This document shows positions 1 through 10,130 of a stretch of 64,000 bases of DNA, piece after piece. Numbering within the stretch: position 1 is the first letter of the stretch; every line of letters begins with the position of its first letter. The translations under genes and the position numbers were made by a program. The notes under the pieces are model-generated. The model was not told the origin of the DNA, did no database searches, and was given only the letters and a program-made list of their open reading frames with translations. The DNA is from an uncultured Bacteroidales bacterium (lineage in GTDB: Bacteria; Bacillota_I; Bacilli_A; ML615J-28; CAG-698): positions 60,865 to 124,864 of the forward strand of contig CAZFAM010000001.1 in assembly GCA_964516425.1 (NCBI GenBank), written 5' to 3'.

Positions 1-2
1 AT

Positions 3-1517
3 AAAAAATTAGTAAAATACTTTAGTATTTGTTGTGACGCAAGTATTAATAATGTAAATGGCAAAATTCAAAGAATTGGTGACCCTACAGAACTTGCATT
101 ATTAGATTTAAATTTGGTATACGGAGAAGATATTCAAAATGTGAATCGTCTTATGGATTTACCATTTGATAGTGATCGTAAATTAATGACAACAGTCATT
201 AAAGATGGTGATAAATACATTGCTATTACAAAAGGTGCTTTTGATAAAATATCATTATTAGCAGTTAATAAAGAAATAGTATCAAAAGCTGAAAAAGCTA
301 ATCAAGAAATGTCAGAACAAGCACTTCGTGTATTAGCATTAGGAGTTAAAGAATTTAGCTCTTTACCTAATCCTGAAGAATTAGAAAAAGAAATGGAATT
401 TGTTGGACTTGTTGGTATGATTGATCCAGCAAGAATAGAAGTGAAAGAGGCTATTAAGATAGCAAAACAAGCAGGCATTAAAACGATAATGATTACAGGT
501 GATTATATTGTGACTGCAAAAGCAATAGCTAAAGAATTAGGTATTTTAAACGATGGTGATGAAGCTATTACAAGTAATGAATTAAGTAAAATGACTGATG
601 AAGAATTATTTGACAATATTGAAAAATATACAGTATATGCTCGTGTTGCACCAAGCGATAAAGTAAGAATAGTTGAAGCATGGCAAAAGAAAAATGCAAT
701 TGTAGCTATGACTGGCGATGGTGTTAATGATGCTCCCGCATTAAAACGTGCAGATATTGGATGTGCAATGGGAATTACGGGAACTGATGTTTCTAAACAA
801 GCAGCTGATTTAATATTAACAGATGATAATTTTTCAACTATTATTAGTGCAGTAAAAGAAGGAAGAGGAATATATAATAATATTCAAAAATGCGTTAAAT
901 ATTTGTTATCAAGTAATATCGGTGAAGTGTTTACAATATTTGTTGCCTCATTAATTGCTTTATTCACAAGCTTTAATATCGGTATTCCACTATTACCAAT
1001 TCATTTGTTATGGATAAATTTAATAACAGATAGTTTACCTGCATTTGGTATTGGAATGGAAGCAGTAGAAGATGAAGTGATGAATGAAAAACCAAGATTA
1101 AAAAATGAAAGTTTCTTCGCGGATAAATTAGGATTGAAAATTTTTGTGGAAGGTTTCATAATTGGTTCAGCAACATTAATCAGTTTCTTAATTGGTGAAT
1201 TGATATTTGATAATATTTCAATTGGACAAACAATGGCTTTTTTAACATTATCTTCAACACAATTGTTTCATTCTTACAATGTTAAAAGTCAATATTCAAT
1301 ATTTAATAAGAAAAGTTATGAAAATAAATTTGCAAATTTTGCATTTGTTGTAGGATTTGTATTACAATTGACCGTTATTTATATTCCTGGACTTAACACA
1401 GTATTTAAATTTACTGAATTAAGTATCTGGCAATTACTAATATCTTTAGGGTTATCTTTAGTAATAGTTGTTGTAATGGAAATTGTAAAATTAAAGAAAA
1501 GATTATCAAATAAATAA
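3..1517 (+). CDS. P-type cation-transporting ATPase, C-terminal part (Ca2+/cation ATPase-like); 5' end lies outside the window
   Basis: The reading frame is open from position 3. It contains GDPTE at the start and the P-type hinge motif TGDGVNDAPALKRADIGCAMG, followed by a C-terminal block of hydrophobic TM helices. A rho-independent terminator follows at 1526..1556. Confidence 0.85.
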   Translation, partial: KKLVKYFSICCDASINNVNGKIQRIGDPTELALLDLNLVYGEDIQNVNRLMDLPFDSDRKLMTTVIKDGDKYIAITKGAFDKISLLAVNKEIVSKAEKANQEMSEQALRVLALGVKEFSSLPNPEELEKEMEFVGLVGMIDPARIEVKEAIKIAKQAGIKTIMITGDYIVTAKAIAKELGILNDGDEAITSNELSKMTDEELFDNIEKYTVYARVAPSDKVRIVEAWQKKNAIVAMTGDGVNDAPALKRADIGCAMGITGTDVSKQAADLILTDDNFSTIISAVKEGRGIYNNIQKCVKYLLSSNIGEVFTIFVASLIALFTSFNIGIPLLPIHLLWINLITDSLPAFGIGMEAVEDEVMNEKPRLKNESFFADKLGLKIFVEGFIIGSATLISFLIGELIFDNISIGQTMAFLTLSSTQLFHSYNVKSQYSIFNKKSYENKFANFAFVVGFVLQLTVIYIPGLNTVFKFTELSIWQLLISLGLSLVIVVVMEIVKLKKRLSNK

Positions 1518-1525
1518 AATAAGAA

Positions 1526-1556
1526 AAGCAATTAAACTTGAGTTTGATTGCTTTTT
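1526..1556 (+). terminator. rho-independent terminator
   Basis: Stems aagcaattaaac and gtttgattgctt (one G-U wobble) flank the loop ttga and are followed by a T-run. Confidence 0.6.
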
Positions 1557-1622
1557 AATATATCTATTTTTGCTATTTTATTATAAATATGTTATAATAG
1601 TACATTATAATGAGAGGTTCAT

Positions 1623-3347
1623 ATGAAAAAAATGTTATCGTATTTAGGAGTGTATAAGAAAGAAGCTATTCTTGCTCCGTTATGTAAATTATTAGAAGCT
1701 GCATTAGAATTAATAATACCAATAATTGTATCAGAAATCATTGATAATGGTATACCTAATTCAGATAAAAGTTATATTATTAAGATGGTTATTATAATGG
1801 TGGTTTGTGGATTTGTGGGATTAATATTTTCCGTTCTTGGGCAATTCTTTTCCGCTAAATGTGCTGTTGGATATGCAACTACACTTCGATCTGATTTATT
1901 TAAAAAACTACAATCATTAAGTTTCACTGAAATTGATAATCTGGGAACATCAAGTATGATTACTAGAATGACAAGTGATGTTAATCAAGTGCAAACTGGT
2001 ATTAATTTGAGTTTGAGATTATTGCTTCGTTCACCATTTGTTGTGTTTGGAGCGGCCATTATGGGGACAGTTTTGTCACCAAGTACTTCATATGTATATT
2101 GGCTAGCAATACCAATATTATCAATTGTTATATTTGGTATTATATTTTTAACAATGCCAATGCATAAAAAAACACAAGAAAATTTAGATACTGTCTTAGG
2201 AGCTACAAGAGAAAATTTATCGGGGGCAAGAGTTATAAGAGCTTTTGCAATAGAAGATGAAGAAATTAAACAATATAATAGTAAAGTAGTATCATTAGAA
2301 AAAAGTCAAAATAAAGTATCTAATATTTCAAATTTAATGAATCCATTAACTTATATTATTATTAATATAGCTATAGTTTTATTAATATATTTGGGAGCCT
2401 TAAAAGTAAATGTGGGAGATTTGACACAAGGACAAGTAATTGCATTATATAACTATATGTCCCAAATACTTGTAGAATTAATTAAGTTTGCCAATTTAAT
2501 TATTACAATTGCTAAATCTATTGCTTGTGCTAAAAGAATTTCCAAAATATTTTCAGAAAAAGTAAAAGATGAAAAAACAGTTAATTACGAAAATATTAAT
2601 ACGGATGATTACATAGTATATGATAATGTTACATTAACGTATAATGGGGCAAGTGAGCCATCATTAGAAAATATTAATTTTAATGTACAAAAAGGACAAA
2701 TAATAGGTATTATTGGAGCTACTGGAAGTGGTAAAACATCATTAGTACATTTACTTCCTAAATTTTATGAAGCTACAACGGGAAACATTTATATTAATGG
2801 CCAAAACATTAAAAATATTAATACGCAAGAATTACGTAACAAAATAGGAATAGTAATGCAAAAAGCTGTCCTATTTGAAGGAACAATATCTGAAAATTTA
2901 AAATGGGGAAATAAAAATGCAAGTGAACAAGACTTAAATGAAGCATGTTTTATAAGCCAAAGTACTGATATTATTACAAAAAAAGAAAAAGGATTAGATA
3001 GCGAAGTAGAACAAAACGGAAGAAATTTTTCTGGAGGCCAAAGACAAAGACTATCAATAGCACGTGCTTTAGTTAGAAAACCAGAGATATTAATTCTAGA
3101 TGATTCATCAAGTGCATTAGATTATGCAACAGATGCTGCATTAAGAAATGAAATTAAAAAATTAAAGTATGGTGTTACTGTATTTATAATATCGCAACGC
3201 ACTGCATCTATTCAACATGCGGATAAAATATTAGTGTTAGACGATGGCAAAATTGTCGGTCAAGGTACGCATAATGAATTATTAAACAGTTGTAATGTAT
3301 ATCAAAAAATATATAGTTCTCAATTTAAAAACGGAGGTAAGAACTAA
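1623..3347 (+). CDS. ABC transporter permease/ATP-binding protein (type I exporter half-transporter, subunit 1)
   Basis: The N-terminal 6-TM domain is followed by Walker A GATGSGKTS, the ABC signature FSGGQRQRL and Walker B ILILDDSSSALD. Its stop overlaps the next start (ATGA at 3347). Confidence 0.9.
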   Translation: MKKMLSYLGVYKKEAILAPLCKLLEAALELIIPIIVSEIIDNGIPNSDKSYIIKMVIIMVVCGFVGLIFSVLGQFFSAKCAVGYATTLRSDLFKKLQSLSFTEIDNLGTSSMITRMTSDVNQVQTGINLSLRLLLRSPFVVFGAAIMGTVLSPSTSYVYWLAIPILSIVIFGIIFLTMPMHKKTQENLDTVLGATRENLSGARVIRAFAIEDEEIKQYNSKVVSLEKSQNKVSNISNLMNPLTYIIINIAIVLLIYLGALKVNVGDLTQGQVIALYNYMSQILVELIKFANLIITIAKSIACAKRISKIFSEKVKDEKTVNYENINTDDYIVYDNVTLTYNGASEPSLENINFNVQKGQIIGIIGATGSGKTSLVHLLPKFYEATTGNIYINGQNIKNINTQELRNKIGIVMQKAVLFEGTISENLKWGNKNASEQDLNEACFISQSTDIITKKEKGLDSEVEQNGRNFSGGQRQRLSIARALVRKPEILILDDSSSALDYATDAALRNEIKKLKYGVTVFIISQRTASIQHADKILVLDDGKIVGQGTHNELLNSCNVYQKIYSSQFKNGGKN

Positions 3348-5092
3348 TGAAAAAAAACACTCTTACACGCGTTTTACAATATTTAAAAAAGGATATTATA
3401 ACATTATTTATTACTTTTATATTATCAATTGTAACAGTTGCTTTAACTATTTATGTGCCTATATTGTTTGGGGAAGCAATTGATCATATCGTAGATATTA
3501 ATAATGTAAATATTAATGCTATAATAAATATTTTAATAACTGTTGTGATTGTTGTTTCTATTACTGGAATATTACAATGGTTAATGAATTCTTTGAATAA
3601 TAAAATGACATATCGAATTGCTCGAAGATTAAGAAAAGAATGTTTTCAAAAAATACAAGTTTTACCATTGAAATACTTGGATTCACATCCTATTGGAGAA
3701 ACTGTAAGTATAATTATTAATGATATTGAAACATTTTCTGATGGATTATTATTAGGATTAACACAGTTATTTACTGGTGTTGCTACAATCATTGGTACAA
3801 TAGCTATCATGATGTATTATAACTGGATTATTGGTTTAGTAGTAGTGTTTGTAACACCACTTTCGTTATTTGTTGCTAAGTTTATAGCTTCTAGAACATA
3901 TAAATTATTTAAAGAACAATCAGAAATTAGAGCTATACAAACAGGATTTATCAATGAAATGATTGGAAATTTAAAGGTTGTTCAGTCATATTCTCATGAA
4001 GATGAAAATAATATAAAGTTCAATGAAATAAATAATAATTTAGCTAAGTGTTCGTTAAAAGCTATATTTTATTCTTCTTTAACAAATCCTTGTACAAGAT
4101 TTGTGAACTCAGTAGTGTATGCTTTAGTTGCTTTATTTGGTGCTTTATTTGTAATTTCGCCCATTGGGAATCTTTCTTTAACTGTTGGTTCATTAACTAG
4201 TTTTTTGAGTTATGCTAATCAATATACAAAACCATTTAATGAAATATCATCTGTTATAACTGAATTACAAAATGCATTTGCATGTATAAAAAGAGTTTTT
4301 AGCATTTTAGATCAAGATAAAGAAGTGTTAACAGGATTAGAAATAGAATTAAAAGATGAATTATCAGGAAATGTGGAAGTAAATAATGTTTATTTTTCAT
4401 ATGTTACAGAACAAAAGTTAATTGAAAACTTTAATTTGAATGTCAAAAAAGGACAAAAAATTGCTATTGTTGGACCTACTGGATGTGGAAAAACAACATT
4501 AATTAATTTGTTAATGCGCTTTTATGATGTTAATAAAGGGACAATTAAGGTGGATAATTATGATATTCGTTCTGTTACAAGAAAGTCTTTACGCTTAAAT
4601 TTTGGCATGGTTTTACAAGATACATGGATAAAAAATGCCAGTGTTAGAGATAATATTGCAATTGGAAAGAAAAATGCATCAATAGAAGAGATAATAAAAG
4701 CTGCTAAAAAAGCCAATGCTCATAACTTTATTAAGCGATTGCCAAATGGTTATAATACGATAATTAGTGATGAAGGAAATTTGTCTGTAGGTGAAAAACA
4801 GTTGTTATGTATAGCTAGAATAATGCTATGTTCTCCGTCAATTCTAATACTTGATGAAGCAACTTCATCAATTGATACTCGTACAGAAGTGAAAATTCAA
4901 GAAGCATTTAATACAATAATGGAAGAAAAAACGACCTTTATTGTTGCTCATAGAATATCCACAATTCAAGAAGCGGATGTTATTTTGGTTATGAATAGTG
5001 GAAATATTATTGAGCAAGGCAGTCACTCTGAACTATTAAAACAGAATGGATTCTATGCAAAATTATACAATTCTCAGTTTGTAAATGTTTAA
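3347..5092 (+). CDS. ABC transporter permease/ATP-binding protein (exporter subunit 2; heterodimer partner)
   Basis: TM domain followed by Walker A GPTGCGKTT, the signature LSVGEKQLL and Walker B ILILDEATSSID. The gene is translationally coupled to the upstream half-transporter. Confidence 0.9.
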   Translation: MKKNTLTRVLQYLKKDIITLFITFILSIVTVALTIYVPILFGEAIDHIVDINNVNINAIINILITVVIVVSITGILQWLMNSLNNKMTYRIARRLRKECFQKIQVLPLKYLDSHPIGETVSIIINDIETFSDGLLLGLTQLFTGVATIIGTIAIMMYYNWIIGLVVVFVTPLSLFVAKFIASRTYKLFKEQSEIRAIQTGFINEMIGNLKVVQSYSHEDENNIKFNEINNNLAKCSLKAIFYSSLTNPCTRFVNSVVYALVALFGALFVISPIGNLSLTVGSLTSFLSYANQYTKPFNEISSVITELQNAFACIKRVFSILDQDKEVLTGLEIELKDELSGNVEVNNVYFSYVTEQKLIENFNLNVKKGQKIAIVGPTGCGKTTLINLLMRFYDVNKGTIKVDNYDIRSVTRKSLRLNFGMVLQDTWIKNASVRDNIAIGKKNASIEEIIKAAKKANAHNFIKRLPNGYNTIISDEGNLSVGEKQLLCIARIMLCSPSILILDEATSSIDTRTEVKIQEAFNTIMEEKTTFIVAHRISTIQEADVILVMNSGNIIEQGSHSELLKQNGFYAKLYNSQFVNV

Positions 5093-5242
5093 AAATCAAT
5101 TTAATGTAGGAAGATATTAGTTGGTAAAATAAAAAATTAAAACAGAATTTTTTACAAATTTAGTTATAAAATTTAAAAATTATGTATTTATTTTTGTAAT
5201 GTAATATGATATAATCTTAACAAAAAAATAGGAGGTTTATTT

Positions 5243-5740
5243 ATGGCAAAAAGAAAAAAATCATTTATGGCAAAGTATGGTAAATTTTTATTACTTGTTT
5301 TTGCTTTAGCTGTTATTGGCATGGCTTTTTTACCTGCTATAGTGGGTAATGATAGTGATAGTGGATATACTGGTTGGGAAGTAAGTTTTGGAAAAGAATT
5401 TTTTGATGCCTCAAGTATTGGTTCAAGTTCTTCAATTGAATTCTCTATTTTAGCAGCTTTAGGATTTTTATTACCAGTTGCTGCTTGTGTTCTAGTTATA
5501 TTATTAATTAATAATCGACAACTAGCAGGTTTAGTATGTTTTATTGCATTTGGTGCTAGTGCTGTATTATGTTTTATATTACCTTCAATTACTACTGTTT
5601 CTTTAACTTTACCGATTATTGGAACAACAACAAAGACATTAGCAGATATGGGATTAAACTTAGGCATTGGTGCAATTCTTGCTGGTGCATTTGCTAGTTT
5701 GGGCGCTGTTACATCTTTAGGATATGCAATGATGAAATAA
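5243..5740 (+). CDS. small hydrophobic membrane protein (unknown function)
   Basis: There is a strong RBS aggaggt 7 nt upstream, and the protein has 4-5 predicted TM segments. The antisense ORF 5188..5763 has no RBS and is treated as a shadow. Confidence 0.55.
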   Translation: MAKRKKSFMAKYGKFLLLVFALAVIGMAFLPAIVGNDSDSGYTGWEVSFGKEFFDASSIGSSSSIEFSILAALGFLLPVAACVLVILLINNRQLAGLVCFIAFGASAVLCFILPSITTVSLTLPIIGTTTKTLADMGLNLGIGAILAGAFASLGAVTSLGYAMMK

Positions 5741-5827
5741 AAGGGGAATACCCTTTTTTTCATTTTTTAAACTTGTTAAAAATAATAAAAAGGTGTATAA
5801 TAGAATTAATGAAAAGGAAATATAGAT

Positions 5828-6748
5828 ATGAATATAATCCATTTGAAATATGCTATAGTAGTCGCTGAATCTGGTTCTATAAGTAAAGCATCAGAAAAAT
5901 TATTTGTTGCACAACCTAATATTTCGCGTGCGATTAAAGAATTAGAAAATGATTTAAATATTACTATTTTTGGAAGAGATTCTAAGGGGATGGTTTTAAC
6001 TCCTGAAGGCGGGCGTTTTATTAACTATGGTAAACGAGTATTATCCCAAATTGATGATATGGAAAAGATGTTCAAGCAAAAGAGTAAAAAGGATACATTT
6101 TCAATTGCTGTTCCAAGAGCAAGCTATATTTCAAAGGCTTTTGTGGAATTTAGTAAAATTCTTGAACAAAAATCAGGTGTTGAATTATTATATCGTGAAA
6201 CAAATGCATACCGTGTTTTAAATACTGTTTTAAATGAAGGATATAAATTAGGAATTATTCGTTATTCAAAAATTCATGAAGCTAATTTTAAGTCATATTT
6301 TGAACAGAAGGATTTAAAAAGTGTTCTTATAAATAGTTTTAAATATCGTTTGTTATTTAATGAAAATTCTGTATTAGCAAAAAAAGAAGTAATTACAGAA
6401 GAAGATTTAAAGGATTTAGTATTGATAACGCATAATGATCCTTATGTTCCATCGCTTCCTATGTCGCAAGTTGCTAATGAAGAATTAAATACAGAATCGC
6501 AAAAAACTATTTATTTATTTGAAAGAGCTACTCAATTTGACATCTTAGAATCTAATCCTAATGCTTACATGTGGGTTTCGCCAATTCCTAACGATTTAGT
6601 AGAAAAGTATCACTTAATTCAAAGAGAGTGCAATATAAAAGATAAGGTATATAATGATGTATTAATATATCGCTCTACCTATACATTAAGCCCATATGAC
6701 AAATTATTCTTAGAAAAACTTATTGAAAGTAAAAAACACATTCAATAA
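5828..6748 (+). CDS. LysR-family transcriptional regulator
   Basis: The N-terminal HTH is LysR-type (IIHLKYAIVVAESGSISKASEKLFVAQPNISRAIKELE...). The protein is about 300 aa with a C-terminal substrate-binding fold. Confidence 0.85.
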   Translation: MNIIHLKYAIVVAESGSISKASEKLFVAQPNISRAIKELENDLNITIFGRDSKGMVLTPEGGRFINYGKRVLSQIDDMEKMFKQKSKKDTFSIAVPRASYISKAFVEFSKILEQKSGVELLYRETNAYRVLNTVLNEGYKLGIIRYSKIHEANFKSYFEQKDLKSVLINSFKYRLLFNENSVLAKKEVITEEDLKDLVLITHNDPYVPSLPMSQVANEELNTESQKTIYLFERATQFDILESNPNAYMWVSPIPNDLVEKYHLIQRECNIKDKVYNDVLIYRSTYTLSPYDKLFLEKLIESKKHIQ

Positions 6749-6754
6749 ATAAAA

Positions 6755-6789
6755 GTATATCGATATTGATATATCGATATACTTTTTTT
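6755..6789 (+). terminator. 12-bp-arm inverted repeat plus T-run; likely a terminator between lysR and rex
   Basis: GTATATCGATAT-tgat-ATATCGATATAC forms a perfect 12-bp stem and is followed by ttttttt. Confidence 0.55.
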
Positions 6790-6842
6790 GTATTTTACTT
6801 TATTACGAAAATAATATATAATATATTTAGGTGGGTTAATAT

Positions 6843-7490
6843 ATGTGTAGCAAAAAGATTCCTAAGCATGTTATAGAGAGAATTCCTCTGTATTTAAATT
6901 ATCTAGAAAAACTAGATGAGAAAAATGTAATTATGATATCCTCAAAAACAATTTCGGATAATTTAGGGCTAGGGGAAGTACAAGTTAGAAAAGATTTAAA
7001 TCTAGTTTCTGGAAACGGTAAACCTAAAATAGGATATGTTTTAAAAGATTTAAAATATGATTTAGAACAATTAATTAGAAGTGAACAATATACAAATATC
7101 ATTATAATTGGTGCTGGAAACATTGGTGAAGCTTTAGCAAAAAACTTTCAATATGAAAAACCTCAATTTAGATTATTAGGTATTTTTGATAATGATTCAC
7201 AAAAAATCAATTCCAGTATTATCAATATTAAGGTAAAAGACATAAGCACATTACCTTATTTTTGTGCACATAATCGCATTGATATTGCTATTATTTGTGT
7301 TCCTGGTAATAATGCCCAAGCGGTTTGTGATATTGTAGTTGAAAATAATATAAAAGGAATATTAAATTTTACGAATACATATTTAAACGTTAATAAAAAT
7401 ATTAATGTAAGAAATGTTGATATAACATCATTACTTACAATGATAGCAATCGAAATAAATAATAAAGGAGAAAATATAAATGGAAAATAA
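6843..7490 (+). CDS. rex: redox-sensing transcriptional repressor Rex
   Basis: N-terminal winged-helix region (IPKHVIERIPLYLNYL...VQVRKDLN) plus a Rossmann NADH-binding motif (IIIGAGNIGEALA). Its stop overlaps the adhE start. Confidence 0.85.
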   Translation: MCSKKIPKHVIERIPLYLNYLEKLDEKNVIMISSKTISDNLGLGEVQVRKDLNLVSGNGKPKIGYVLKDLKYDLEQLIRSEQYTNIIIIGAGNIGEALAKNFQYEKPQFRLLGIFDNDSQKINSSIINIKVKDISTLPYFCAHNRIDIAIICVPGNNAQAVCDIVVENNIKGILNFTNTYLNVNKNINVRNVDITSLLTMIAIEINNKGENINGK

Positions 7491-10119
7491 TTATATGATT
7501 GTGGATAGTTTAGAAAAATTATCAATTAAAATGGAAGAAATTAGAAATGCTCAAAAATTATTCGCTACTTATACACAAGAACAAGTGGATAAAATCTTTT
7601 TAGCTGCTTCACTTGCCGCTAACAATGCTCGTATCCCATTAGCTAAAATGGCAGTTGAAGAAACAGGAATGGGAGTAGTAGAAGATAAAGTTATTAAAAA
7701 TCATTATGCATCAGAATATATTTATAATAAGTATCGTAATGAAAAAACTTGTGGTGTTATTGAAGAAGATAAAGCATATGGATTTAAAAAAATAGCGGAA
7801 CCAATTGGGGTTATTGCAGCCGTAATTCCCACAACAAATCCAACATCAACAGCTATTTTTAAAACATTATTAGCATTAAAAACAAGAAATGGTATAATTA
7901 TTAGCCCTCACCCAAGAGCTAAACAATCAACAATTGCCGCTGCAAAAATAGTGTTAGAAGCAGCTGTAAAAGCAGGAGCTCCAGAAGGAATTATCGGATG
8001 GATTGATGTACCATCACTTGATTTAACAAATACTGTAATGCGTGAATCGGATATTATTTTGGCAACAGGTGGACCAGGAATGGTAAAAGCTGCTTATTCA
8101 TCAGGAAAACCTGCTTTAGGTGTAGGTGCTGGTAATACTCCCGCAATTATTGATGAAAGTGCAGATGTGGTATTAGCAGTAAACTCTATAATTCATTCTA
8201 AAACGTTTGATAATGGTATGATTTGTGCTTCTGAACAATCAGTAATTGTTTTGGAAAGTATATATGAACAAGTTAAAAATGAGTTTTTAATGAGAGGATG
8301 TTATTTCTTAAATCCTGAAGAATTAGAAAAAGTAAGAAAAACCATTATTATTAATGGTGCGTTAAATTCAAAAATTGTTGGTCAAAAAGCAGTTGATATT
8401 GCTAAACTAGCAAATGTAAAAGTTCCTGAAGGAACAAAAATATTAATTGGTGAAGTTGAATCAGTAGAATTAAGTGAAGAGTTCGCTCATGAAAAATTAT
8501 CTCCAGTTCTTGCAATGTATTGTGCAAAAGACATTCAAGATGCTTTTGCAAAAGCGGAACACTTAATTGCGGATGGAGGATATGGACACACATCATCAAT
8601 TTATTTAAATACAATTACAAAACAAGAAGTATTAAATGAATTCGCAAATAGAATGAAAACATGCAGAATATTAGTTAATACGCCATCATCACAAGGTGGA
8701 ATTGGTGATTTATATAACTTTAAACTTGCTCCATCACTTACATTAGGTTGTGGATCATGGGGTGGAAATAGTGTTTCTGAAAATGTAGGTGTAAAACATT
8801 TATTAAATATTAAAACAGTTGCAGAAAGAAGGGAAAATATGCTTTGGTTTAGAGCTCCAGAAAAAGTTTATTTAAAGAAGGGATGTTTACCTGTAGCTTT
8901 AAGTGAATTAAAAGATGTAATGAATAAAAAACGTGTATTCATTGTGACAGATAGTTTCTTATATTCAAATGGTAATGCTAATCCAATTATAAACAAATTA
9001 AAAGAAATGAATATGGAATATACTGTTTTCTTTGATGTAGAACCAGACCCAACATTAGCTTGTGCTAAAAAAGGTGCTGAACAAATGAAATCATTTAAAC
9101 CAGATACTATTATTGCTTTAGGTGGCGGTTCTGCGATGGACGCTGCTAAAATTATGTGGGTTTTATATGAACATCCAGAAGTTGATTTCCTAGATATGGC
9201 AATGCGTTTTATGGATATTCGTAAACGTATATATACATTCCCTCATATGGGTGATAAAGCATATTTTATTGCCGTTCCAACATCTGCCGGAACTGGTTCT
9301 GAAGTTACACCATTTGCGGTTATAACAGAAGAAACAACAGGTGTTAAATATCCTTTAGCTGATTATGAATTACTTCCAAAGATGGCAATTATTGATGCTG
9401 ATTTCCATATGACAGCTCCAAAAGGATTAACAGCTGCATCAGGTATTGATGCTGTTACACATAGCTTAGAAGCATATGCATCAATTATGGCTACAGATTA
9501 TACTGATGGTTTAGCATTACGTTCATTAAAAATGATATTTGAATATTTGCCTCGTGCTTATAATAATGGTGCAAATGATGTAGAGGCTCGTGAAAAAATG
9601 GCAAATGCAGCTACAATGGCTGGTATGGCATTCGCTAATGCCTTTTTAGGGGTATGTCATTCAATGGCACATAAATTAGGAGCTTTCCATCATTTACCTC
9701 ATGGTGTGGCTAATGCTTTAATGATTGATGAAGTAATTAGATTTAATTCATGCCCAGCACCAACAAAAATGGGAACATTCTCACAATACAGTCATCCACA
9801 TACATTAGAAAGATATGCGGAAGTTGCTGATTATTTGAACTTGGGTGGTAAAACAGCTGAAGAAAAAGTTAAGAATTTAATAAAAGCAATTGACGAGTTG
9901 AAAGCCCAAATTGGTATTAAATCAACAATTCAAGAATATGTTCCTAATGAACAAGATTTCTTAAATCGTTTAGATGCAATGGTTGAACAAGCATTTGATG
10001 ACCAATGTACTGGTGCGAACCCTAGATATCCATTAATGAGTGAAATTAAACAAATGTATTTAAACGCTTATTATGGTAAAGAATTTGTGGAAAAGGCAAT
10101 GCCTAAAAAAAATAAATAG
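7480..10119 (+). CDS. adhE: bifunctional acetaldehyde-CoA dehydrogenase / iron-containing alcohol dehydrogenase AdhE
   Basis: 879 aa. The N-terminal aldehyde dehydrogenase half is joined to a C-terminal Fe-ADH half (GGGSAMDAAK, histidine metal ligands). The true start could instead be the Met at 7495. Confidence 0.92.
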   Translation: MENNYMIVDSLEKLSIKMEEIRNAQKLFATYTQEQVDKIFLAASLAANNARIPLAKMAVEETGMGVVEDKVIKNHYASEYIYNKYRNEKTCGVIEEDKAYGFKKIAEPIGVIAAVIPTTNPTSTAIFKTLLALKTRNGIIISPHPRAKQSTIAAAKIVLEAAVKAGAPEGIIGWIDVPSLDLTNTVMRESDIILATGGPGMVKAAYSSGKPALGVGAGNTPAIIDESADVVLAVNSIIHSKTFDNGMICASEQSVIVLESIYEQVKNEFLMRGCYFLNPEELEKVRKTIIINGALNSKIVGQKAVDIAKLANVKVPEGTKILIGEVESVELSEEFAHEKLSPVLAMYCAKDIQDAFAKAEHLIADGGYGHTSSIYLNTITKQEVLNEFANRMKTCRILVNTPSSQGGIGDLYNFKLAPSLTLGCGSWGGNSVSENVGVKHLLNIKTVAERRENMLWFRAPEKVYLKKGCLPVALSELKDVMNKKRVFIVTDSFLYSNGNANPIINKLKEMNMEYTVFFDVEPDPTLACAKKGAEQMKSFKPDTIIALGGGSAMDAAKIMWVLYEHPEVDFLDMAMRFMDIRKRIYTFPHMGDKAYFIAVPTSAGTGSEVTPFAVITEETTGVKYPLADYELLPKMAIIDADFHMTAPKGLTAASGIDAVTHSLEAYASIMATDYTDGLALRSLKMIFEYLPRAYNNGANDVEAREKMANAATMAGMAFANAFLGVCHSMAHKLGAFHHLPHGVANALMIDEVIRFNSCPAPTKMGTFSQYSHPHTLERYAEVADYLNLGGKTAEEKVKNLIKAIDELKAQIGIKSTIQEYVPNEQDFLNRLDAMVEQAFDDQCTGANPRYPLMSEIKQMYLNAYYGKEFVEKAMPKKNK

Positions 10120-10130
10120 GAGGGAACAAC

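Noticed and set aside
3295-3483. 62-aa ORF spanning the junction of the two ABC exporter genes
   Set aside because: It sits in an alternative frame of strongly supported coding sequence, and its product is low-complexity.
5188-5763. 191-aa ORF on the minus strand fully overlapping the 5243..5740 plus-strand membrane-protein ORF
   Set aside because: It has no RBS, while the plus-strand ORF has a strong AGGAGG RBS and TM helices. It is an antisense shadow ORF.
6027-6221. 64-aa alternative-frame ORF inside the LysR gene
   Set aside because: It overlaps a confident CDS in another frame.
6899-7525. Two minus-strand ORFs (74 and 89 aa) within rex and the rex/adhE junction
   Set aside because: Antisense to confident Rex and AdhE coding sequence.
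8402-8614. 70-aa minus-strand ORF inside adhE
   Set aside because: Shadow ORF.
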